Assembly (NCBI GenBank): GCA_005888595.1
Contig: VBAL01000112.1
Span: 24,353 to 88,352, forward strand
Direction: 5' to 3'
DNA from: Candidatus Segetimicrobium genomatis
Lineage (GTDB): Bacteria; Sysuimicrobiota; Sysuimicrobiia; Sysuimicrobiales; Kaftiobacteriaceae
Length of the DNA stretch: 64,000 nucleotides
Below are positions 37,136 through 43,857 of the stretch, in pieces (the first letter of the stretch is position 1; each line of letters starts with the position of its first letter). The position numbers and the translations under genes were made by a program. The notes below the pieces were generated by a model. That model made no database searches. It worked only from the letters and a program-made list of their open reading frames with translations, and was not told the DNA's origin.

Positions 37136-37771
37136 TCAGCGGGTCGAGAAATTTTCGGAACCGGAACTTCCCTGTTGAATAGCGCGCTCGATTCGCTCAA
37201 CGAGCTCCCATTCGATGCGTAATAACTTCTCTTGTCTCCACATCCACAACTTGCTCTGAAACTCCTCCCGTGAACCAGCCGTCTCAAGTTCCTCATCCCA
37301 CTCTTCCGATCTTCGAATCTCAGCCCTTATGTCGGAGATATCCTGGTCAACACTTCCGGGAGACCACACTTCGCGTAGCGCACTGTACGCTGCTTCTCGC
37401 ACGAGAGGATGCTCACGTCGATCCCGTACCTTGTCGATAAGCGCCTGAGAGACAATTGGATCGCGCGCGTTCTGAAATACGAAGCCCAGCCCAGCTGCGG
37501 TGAACGACTTGACCTCATCGTCAGGATCATCACGTAGGAGGCGGATCAACCTATCCCAATGCCTACTAATATTCCAGTGAAATGTGAGCACCCTGACCGC
37601 GATGCATCGGATCTGCGCGTCTGAGTGATCCAACAACGCGACTACGTCGGGCTCCGCCTCGAGGAGCATCGCATGCCCGAAGTCGTGAATCAGACCGTAC
37701 AACTCCTCAGGCGGAATCTCGCCATTTCTAAGTGCTGTCAACTTGGCCCGGATAAGTGCGTCATCCCGCAT
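37136..37771 (-). CDS. HEAT-repeat protein
   Basis: 211 aa. Repeats of the type LLDHSDAQIRCIAVRVL / LLRDDPDDEVKSFTAAGL / DRREHPLVREAAYSAL. Clearly lower GC than the flanking DNA. Confidence 0.7.
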   Translation of the reverse strand: MRDDALIRAKLTALRNGEIPPEELYGLIHDFGHAMLLEAEPDVVALLDHSDAQIRCIAVRVLTFHWNISRHWDRLIRLLRDDPDDEVKSFTAAGLGFVFQNARDPIVSQALIDKVRDRREHPLVREAAYSALREVWSPGSVDQDISDIRAEIRRSEEWDEELETAGSREEFQSKLWMWRQEKLLRIEWELVERIERAIQQGSSGSENFSTR

Positions 37772-37894
37772 GACTGCAAGTTAAGGTGCTGCCTCCGTGT
37801 TTTCTGCCTCTGCTTGATCTATGGCACTCACATATGCGTCACGCAGCTGTTTGGCAGCTTCAAGGGCTCTCTCCAGCTCTCGCTCCTGTTCTAA

Positions 37895-38710
37895 TCAGTG
37901 GCTGGCTTCTGCCGCCGAGTTGATCAAGCCGACGACTGCTTCGGGGCGGGAGAGCATGGAGAGGTGTGATGCCCTGACCTGGACAACCGTGGCCCCCGCG
38001 CGTTGGGCCATGAAGAGTTGCGCCCACGGCGGGATGACCCTGTCAATCGTCCCGACCAGGTACCAGGATGGAATTGTCTTCCATGCAGGCACTCCCGATG
38101 GCTGCGGTAGTGCGCTGAGCGCTACTGGACGCTGGGAAGATGCCAGGACGGCGGCTTGAGCAAGTGGCTGATCGTTGGCGAAGCACGACGGGAAGAGGCT
38201 CGGTTTTACGTACAGGTCGACATCTCCGCCTGTCAATGGCACGAAGTTGAAAACCTGAGTGGGATCTCCGGCGACGCAGGACGCTGATTGGCCAGGCGGA
38301 GGCGGGGTACTAGCGAGATCCCCTATTGACTCTCCCTCGTCAGGCGCGAACGCGTCTACATAGACGAGCGCTTTGACATTGGGATTTCCAACGGCCGCGT
38401 TTGTAATGACGGCGCCTCCATAGGAGTGTCCTACTAGGACTATGGATCCGCTGATGCTAGCCAGGAAGCTGGCCACGTAAGCTGGGTCGGAGGCCAGACC
38501 CCGCAGTGGGTTGGGCGGCACAAAGACCGTATACCCTGCCGCTTGGAGATGGGCTACGACGCGGCTCCAGCTTGAGCCATCTGCCCAGGCACCGTGGACA
38601 AGTACGACGGACGGTTTGACCGCAGCGCTTGCTCCATAAGATTCCGAGATTCCCACAAACACCGGAACAATGATCAGAGCGACTATCAACAATAGAATGA
38701 TCGCTTTCAT
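37895..38710 (-). CDS. Secreted alpha/beta-fold hydrolase
   Basis: Signal peptide MKAIILLLIVALIIVPVFVGISESYGASA. VVLVHGAWADGSSW. Nucleophile elbow GHSYGG. Shine-Dalgarno GGGAGGT upstream of the ATG. Confidence 0.85.
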   Translation of the reverse strand: MKAIILLLIVALIIVPVFVGISESYGASAAVKPSVVLVHGAWADGSSWSRVVAHLQAAGYTVFVPPNPLRGLASDPAYVASFLASISGSIVLVGHSYGGAVITNAAVGNPNVKALVYVDAFAPDEGESIGDLASTPPPPGQSASCVAGDPTQVFNFVPLTGGDVDLYVKPSLFPSCFANDQPLAQAAVLASSQRPVALSALPQPSGVPAWKTIPSWYLVGTIDRVIPPWAQLFMAQRAGATVVQVRASHLSMLSRPEAVVGLINSAAEASH

Positions 38711-38845
38711 ATCTGTCTATTACCTCCCTTTGGTGAAGTTTCGATCCGCGGTCCGCTCGCGTCAACTCATTATGTCCTCTTTTTTCGCATCTGTCAGTTG
38801 CGGAGGGTCATGGCGGAGAGGGCGCAGGGTGAGGGGTTCTTTGCT

Positions 38846-39589
38846 TTAAGCCCTGCTCGTGGCGCGGACAAGCGCAGCCGAGTGCGCGGCGAGCTCGAGA
38901 CTGTCATCGAGCGATGCCAGTGCTACGGGGCCGTGGCGCGACCGCAACGCCAGCGTTAGCAGATAATCGGTTAGGGCAGGATTTTTCGGCAGCAGCGGGC
39001 CATGCAGGTAGGTCCCGTACACGTTGCGGCTGACCGCTCCTTCGTTCCGATCCGCACCGTTGTTCCCAAAACCGGTGACCACGGTCCCCAGGGGCCGCGC
39101 GCTCGGCCCGAGCCGCGTGCGGCCTCCGTGATTCTCAAACCCGACCAGGGTCCGTCCGCCCAGCCACGGGCTGCGAACGATGATGTTGCCGATCAGGCGC
39201 CTGGTCTGTGGGCCGGGATGTTCCGTCGTCACGTCGAGGAGCCCCAGTCCAATCAACTCCTCACCCTCGGCGGATCGATAGTAGTGGCCGAGGAGTTGGT
39301 AACCGCCGCAAACGGCCAGCACGACCGCGCCGCGACCCGCGGCATCCAGGAGGGCCTCACGCTTCCGCTCCCGGAGGTCAGCCGCCGCCAGATGCTGCTG
39401 GCGGTCCTCCCCGCCGCCCATGAAATAGAGGTCATGTGCACCCGGGACCGGCGACGCGCCCAGCCGGGACTCCTCGACGCGCACGTCGATGCCCCGCCAC
39501 TGGGCCCGGTGCACCAGCGCCATAAGGTTCCCGCGATCTCCGTACAAGTTAAGGAGGTCGGGGTAGAGGTGGCAGATTCGAAGCTCCAT
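38846..39589 (-). CDS. gatD: Lipid II isoglutaminyl synthase, glutaminase subunit GatD (CobQ-type GATase)
   Basis: MELRICHLYPDLLNLYGDRGN..., VCGGYQLLG, YLHGPLLPKNP. Adjacent to murT. The ATG at 39589 is preferred over the longest-ORF start at 39646, which lies in the repeat. Confidence 0.85.
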   Translation of the reverse strand: MELRICHLYPDLLNLYGDRGNLMALVHRAQWRGIDVRVEESRLGASPVPGAHDLYFMGGGEDRQQHLAAADLRERKREALLDAAGRGAVVLAVCGGYQLLGHYYRSAEGEELIGLGLLDVTTEHPGPQTRRLIGNIIVRSPWLGGRTLVGFENHGGRTRLGPSARPLGTVVTGFGNNGADRNEGAVSRNVYGTYLHGPLLPKNPALTDYLLTLALRSRHGPVALASLDDSLELAAHSAALVRATSRA

Positions 39590-39605
39590 GGACTCTACCT
39601 CGCTA

Positions 39606-39703
39606 CCAGAGAACGCAGAACGCACAGCGCAGAACGCAGACGGCAATGACAGAACATTTCTTCATCTTTCTGCGTTCTGCGTGCTGCATTCTGCGTTCTA
39701 CAG
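39606..39703. repeat. Tandem-heptamer hairpin, ACGCAGA/TCTGCGT family, between murT and gatD
   Basis: Left arm 39606-39643: ccagaga acgcaga acgcaca gcgcaga acgcaga cgg. Right arm 39669-39703: tctgcgt tctgcgt gctgcat tctgcgt tctacag. Confidence 0.9.
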
Positions 39704-39715
39704 ATGCCATCACAT

Positions 39716-41146
39716 TTACTCTTCCCAAAACCCCCTCACCAGTCCCCGCTGCTGCAGGATCTTCCTCAACTGCAGCATCGCCGTATAGGTCGGCAGCACA
39801 TACACAGGCTCGCCGTTGCGCGCCGCGTGCAGTGCGGCATCCCAGGCGTGTCCGAGGTCGCCATCGATAGTCATCGCGCTGCCAGACATTCCGGCATGTT
39901 TGAGACGCAGGGCCATGTCATCCGCCCGGGTACCGCTCACCACCAGGCTCCTGACATGACCGGCCAGCATTTCGAAGTCCACGTCCCACAACCAGGAGAT
40001 GTCGCGGCCGTCTGCGGTAAGATCGTTGATGGCAATCAGCACCACGCCGGCGGCGGGCGCAGTGGCGCGCACAACGGTGCGCAACACCTCATTGAATCCT
40101 GCCGGGTTTTTGGTCAGCAGCAGGACGGCCTCACGCCCATCCACCCGGACCCGCTCCGCGCGGCCGAACGCCGGCGCGAATGTCTCCACCCCGCGCGCCA
40201 CCGTCTGCAGCGGTACCCCGAGCTGCAGGCAGCACGCCGCGGCCGCCAGTATGTTGTGAATATTATAGATGCCGGGCAGGACCGTCCGCACCTGCGCTGT
40301 GCCCGCAGGCGTTCGCAGGGTGAAGCCGCTGCCCTGGATCCCCGCCAGCTGAACACCCTCTGCGGCGACCAGTAGCGCCGGGCGGCGTGTGCCGCATTGC
40401 GGACACCGGTAGTCGCCCATGTGCCCAAAGTACACCACAGTGTACTCGTAGGGGACGCCACAACGATAGCAGTACCGCGAATCGGCGGCGTGCTCCAGCG
40501 TGCCGGTGCCGCACGAGACATCGTCAATCCCGAACGGCACCGTGGTACCGGCGAACCTTCCCCCAACCTCCGACACCAGCGGATCATCGGCGTTGAACAC
40601 CACCGCGGTATCACCGGGCGGCCGCCCGTCGAGGACTGCGCGCCAACGTCCGGCAACGAGATCGATCTCACCATACCGATCCAGTTGGTCGCGAAACAGG
40701 TTGGTCAGGACGACGGCGCAGGGCTGGAGCGGATCCCATACCGCCGGCAACGTGGCTTCGTCCACTTCAAAGATGCCGATCTTACCATGCGGCCGTCCGC
40801 GCCAGTCCGTATGCTGCACCAGCGCCGTCACGATACCGGCCGCCAAGTTCGCACCGGCGCGATTGTGCACGGAGCTCACCCCTGCCAGCCGCAGGATGTG
40901 GTGAATCAGCCGGGAGGTGGTCGTTTTGCCGTTTGTTCCGGTGACCACGACGCATCCCTCCGGCAGGCGCGCCGCCAGCCGGTGCATGATGTCCGGCGCG
41001 ATCGCCCGAGCAACGCGGCCGGGCATCGTCGTGCCGCCCCCCAGCCGCAGAGCCCGGCTGGCCACGGCGGTCGCTTTGCCCAGGATGACGGCAGGCGCGA
41101 GACGAAGAGTGGACGGCATCACACTTGTGCTATTCCGCCGTTTCAC
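39716..41146 (-). CDS. murT: Lipid II isoglutaminyl synthase, ligase subunit MurT (Mur-ligase family + DUF1727)
   Basis: VVTGTNGKTTT P-loop. Cys4 ribbon CYRCGVPYEY...YRCPQCG. C-terminal DUF1727-like DISWLWDVDFE. Confidence 0.9.
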   Translation of the reverse strand: MKRRNSTSVMPSTLRLAPAVILGKATAVASRALRLGGGTTMPGRVARAIAPDIMHRLAARLPEGCVVVTGTNGKTTTSRLIHHILRLAGVSSVHNRAGANLAAGIVTALVQHTDWRGRPHGKIGIFEVDEATLPAVWDPLQPCAVVLTNLFRDQLDRYGEIDLVAGRWRAVLDGRPPGDTAVVFNADDPLVSEVGGRFAGTTVPFGIDDVSCGTGTLEHAADSRYCYRCGVPYEYTVVYFGHMGDYRCPQCGTRRPALLVAAEGVQLAGIQGSGFTLRTPAGTAQVRTVLPGIYNIHNILAAAACCLQLGVPLQTVARGVETFAPAFGRAERVRVDGREAVLLLTKNPAGFNEVLRTVVRATAPAAGVVLIAINDLTADGRDISWLWDVDFEMLAGHVRSLVVSGTRADDMALRLKHAGMSGSAMTIDGDLGHAWDAALHAARNGEPVYVLPTYTAMLQLRKILQQRGLVRGFWEE

Positions 41147-41267
41147 GCGCAGCCCCTGGTGAAGATATGGAGTACCTGGTGTGACACAATCGTTGCATGC
41201 CCATTAGCGGCGAGGTCCGGCTATCGCGCACCCGGAGTGGGTATAGGTGTAGTATCGGCCGCGCCTT

Positions 41268-41296
41268 TTGACGGAATACGCGATTGTGACTATAAT
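41268..41296 (+). promoter_or_regulatory. Consensus promoter for the bifunctional-nuclease gene
   Basis: TTGACG (41268-41273), a 17-nt spacer, then TATAAT (41291-41296). GGAGGG lies at 41311-41316, before the GTG at 41322. Confidence 0.5.
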
Positions 41297-41321
41297 AAGG
41301 CGGCGACGAGGAGGGTGATCC

Positions 41322-41798
41322 GTGGTTCACATGAAGGTCCGCGGAGTCGCGCTCGATCAGCAAATGAACCCGGTTGTCCTGCTGGTCGATCAGGCCGAGA
41401 CGATGGCGCTGCCCATCTGGATCGGACAGGCCGAAGCCACGGCGATCGCGATGCAGCTCCAGGGTGTGAAACCTCCGCGGCCGATGACCCATGATCTGTT
41501 GCGTTCGGTGCTCAAGTCGCTCTCGGCGAGCGTGACCCGGATCGTGGTGACAGACGTCAAAGACAGCACCTACTTCGCCGAGATTCATATTGCTACTAAC
41601 GGGACGCCACTGGTAATCGATTCCCGGCCCAGCGACGCCATCGCGCTGGCCCTGCGGTCGGAGGCCCCGATTTTCGTCACCCCACAGGTCGCCGAACAAG
41701 CCATCACGCTGAAGAAGCCGCTGGACGAAGAGATGGAAGAGTTCAAGAAGTTCCTCGAAAAGGTCAAACCGTCAGACTTTAAAGGAACCGTGCACTGA
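41322..41798 (+). CDS. Bifunctional nuclease family protein (BFN/DUF151)
   Basis: MKVRGVALDQQMNPVVLLVDQAETMALPIWIGQAEATAIAMQLQGVKPPRPMTHDLL...IDSRPSDAIALALR. Confidence 0.85.
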   Translation: MVHMKVRGVALDQQMNPVVLLVDQAETMALPIWIGQAEATAIAMQLQGVKPPRPMTHDLLRSVLKSLSASVTRIVVTDVKDSTYFAEIHIATNGTPLVIDSRPSDAIALALRSEAPIFVTPQVAEQAITLKKPLDEEMEEFKKFLEKVKPSDFKGTVH

Positions 41799-41805
41799 CG
41801 AAACC

Positions 41806-41942
41806 CCTGGGACCAGGCGGCGAAGGCACCGAGGGACCAAGCAAGCTATAGAAACGGCGCAAAACGACGGGAAGGGGAGCCCCGCAGCACGAATGCGGGT
41901 TTCTTTTTTTGCCTGGTACCCAGGTCCCCTGGTCACCTGGTC
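41806..41942. repeat. GGGACCA/GGTCCC-family repeat arms flanking a canonical terminator
   Basis: Left arm 41806-41842: cctgggaccaggcggcgaaggcaccgagggaccaagc. Right arm 41911-41942: gcctggtacccaggtcccctggtcacctggtc. Confidence 0.75.
41879..41910 (+). terminator. Rho-independent terminator of the BFN gene
   Basis: CCCGCA-gcacgaa-TGCGGG, followed by TTTCTTTTTTT (41900-41910). Confidence 0.7.
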
Positions 41943-41957
41943 GCGAATTTTTCTTGC

Positions 41958-42695
41958 GTGGAATTCATCAACAAAGTGGTCCTCATCACCGGCGGCAGCC
42001 GTGGAATCGGGAAAGCCATCGCCGGAGTTTTCGCTGTGGAAGGCGCCGCGGTGGCGATTGCCTACGCCGCAGGGGCCCAGGACGCCGAAACCGTCGCTGC
42101 GGCCATCCGGCGAGCGGGACGGCGGGCGGTGGCGATCCAGGCCGATGTCAGCAGGGCAAACGACGTCGCGGCCCTGCTCGAGAAAATCCTGCAGCCCTGG
42201 GGCCGGCTCGACGTACTGGTGAACAACGCCGGCACCAACGTGCGCACTCCGCCCGACCAGCTGACCCTGCGGGAGTGGGACGAGGTCCTCGGCGTCAACT
42301 TGACGGGTGCGTTCCTGTGCAGCCAGGCCGCCACGCCGGCGCTGCGGGCCGCCGCCGGGTCGATCGTAAACATCACCAGCATCCGCGCCCTGATCGGCGG
42401 CAGTTCCCTCCCCTACGCGTCAAGCAAAGGTGGACTCATGGCGTTTACAAAAACGCTGGCCGCGACCCTCGCCCCTGAGGTGCGCGTCAACGCGGTCGCG
42501 CCCGGCTACACGGATACGCCGATGCTCGCCCACCTGACGCTGGAGGAGCGTACGCGCATCGCAGCGCGAATTCCGTTGGGACGGTTCGCCGAGCCGGAGG
42601 AGATCGCGAAAACCGTGCTCTTCCTGGCCAGTAAGCGGGCGAGCTACATGACGGGACAGACTCTGGTGGCGGATGGAGGGCTGACCATGTGGTAA
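41958..42695 (+). CDS. SDR-family oxidoreductase (FabG-like)
   Basis: [20 protein letters not shown], and a catalytic YxxxK (YASSKGG). Confidence 0.85.
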   Translation: MEFINKVVLITGGSRGIGKAIAGVFAVEGAAVAIAYAAGAQDAETVAAAIRRAGRRAVAIQADVSRANDVAALLEKILQPWGRLDVLVNNAGTNVRTPPDQLTLREWDEVLGVNLTGAFLCSQAATPALRAAAGSIVNITSIRALIGGSSLPYASSKGGLMAFTKTLAATLAPEVRVNAVAPGYTDTPMLAHLTLEERTRIAARIPLGRFAEPEEIAKTVLFLASKRASYMTGQTLVADGGLTMW

Positions 42696-42702
42696 CTGGC
42701 CG

Positions 42703-43857
42703 TTATGCCGTACTCAGCCCTCTGCGATCGTAGGTGTATACTTTTCCATTCGCGCGCAGCCGCACGGGATTCCGCCACAGGGAGTGCACGGACTTCAAGA
42801 ACAGCCCTACGCGTTTGGAATCGAGTTTCCGGTCTTCCTCCAGGTGCCCCAGCACCAACTCCTTGGGACTGCTGCCGGACTCCACTTCGATGTGGGGCTC
42901 GCCTTTGTGCAACTTCTGCGTGATGAGCATCTCCTTAACCTGCTGCAGATCGTAGGATTTCTGCTTTTCTTTGGGATCATACACAAAGATATCCAGACGG
43001 CGGACCATCTCGTCGGTAAGCATCTCGTCGATCAGGCGAATGTCCTCGTAGTAGGTACGAACCTCCAGCGCCGCGTCGAAGCCGCGCTCCCGCTTGACCC
43101 GCTGAAACAGAGCGTAGCCGATGGTGTATGGGGCGGGCCGGTTGGACAGCTGGACGCTGAGGCTGGCCCACGACGGCGTGTCCAGGATATCCCGCAGTAA
43201 TTCCGCCTCCACGAACGTCGCCCAGCCCTCATTGATGATGTGCGTACGCTGGATGAGGTCAAAGTACTCCGACTCCTCGCGGAGCATCTGCATCATATGG
43301 TGCTCCCACGATTCCAGAGGGGCCTTGTCCTCCAGATAATACATCAGCCGCTTGCGGCGCTCCGTGGGATTGCGCTCAAAAGCGTTGACGGTGCCGGCGA
43401 CCGTGAGCAGCGCATCCAGCAGTGTTTCGACTTTCTCGCGGCCGTGCACGCCCTCATACTTGCGAATCTGCCGGGCGTGGCGTTCGGCCTCGTTGAGCAT
43501 GTTCTTGTTCGACTTGGCAAACCAGTGGTTGTTGCGGAAGAAGTCGACGTGGCCGAAGACGTGCGCGATGACCAGGACGTTTTGTAGATACGTGTTGGCC
43601 CGGCGCAGGAAAGCGTGCGACGGCTTGGTGTTCAGCACCAGCTCCAGGATGCTGAACAACTCCTTGTTCTGTTGTACCACCAGTTCCTTGTAGGCGCCGC
43701 CCCAGTGCCAGTGGATGAACCGGTTGGGCAAACCCATGCTGGCCACTTCCGCGATCTCATCACTGTCGGTGAGCCGGAAGTAGACCGGGTCGAAGGAGAG
43801 GCCGCGCTGACGCGCTAGCGCTTCGATGCGGTCGATGATTTCGCGATACGAGTCCAC
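42703..43857 (-). CDS. spoVR: SpoVR family protein
   Basis: 384 aa. IHWHWGGAYKE, HVFGHVDFFRNN, INEGWATF. It follows prkA-yhbH, completing the conserved PrkA/YhbH/SpoVR triad. Confidence 0.88.
   Translation of the reverse strand: MDSYREIIDRIEALARQRGLSFDPVYFRLTDSDEIAEVASMGLPNRFIHWHWGGAYKELVVQQNKELFSILELVLNTKPSHAFLRRANTYLQNVLVIAHVFGHVDFFRNNHWFAKSNKNMLNEAERHARQIRKYEGVHGREKVETLLDALLTVAGTVNAFERNPTERRKRLMYYLEDKAPLESWEHHMMQMLREESEYFDLIQRTHIINEGWATFVEAELLRDILDTPSWASLSVQLSNRPAPYTIGYALFQRVKRERGFDAALEVRTYYEDIRLIDEMLTDEMVRRLDIFVYDPKEKQKSYDLQQVKEMLITQKLHKGEPHIEVESGSSPKELVLGHLEEDRKLDSKRVGLFLKSVHSLWRNPVRLRANGKVYTYDRRGLSTA

Noticed and set aside
38711-38845. Searched for a direct repeat of the tRNA-Glu 3' end (an att site) at the far edge of the lower-GC islet.
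   Set aside because: Only an 8-nt match (AGGGGTTC) was found, which is not significant. No integrase gene is present.
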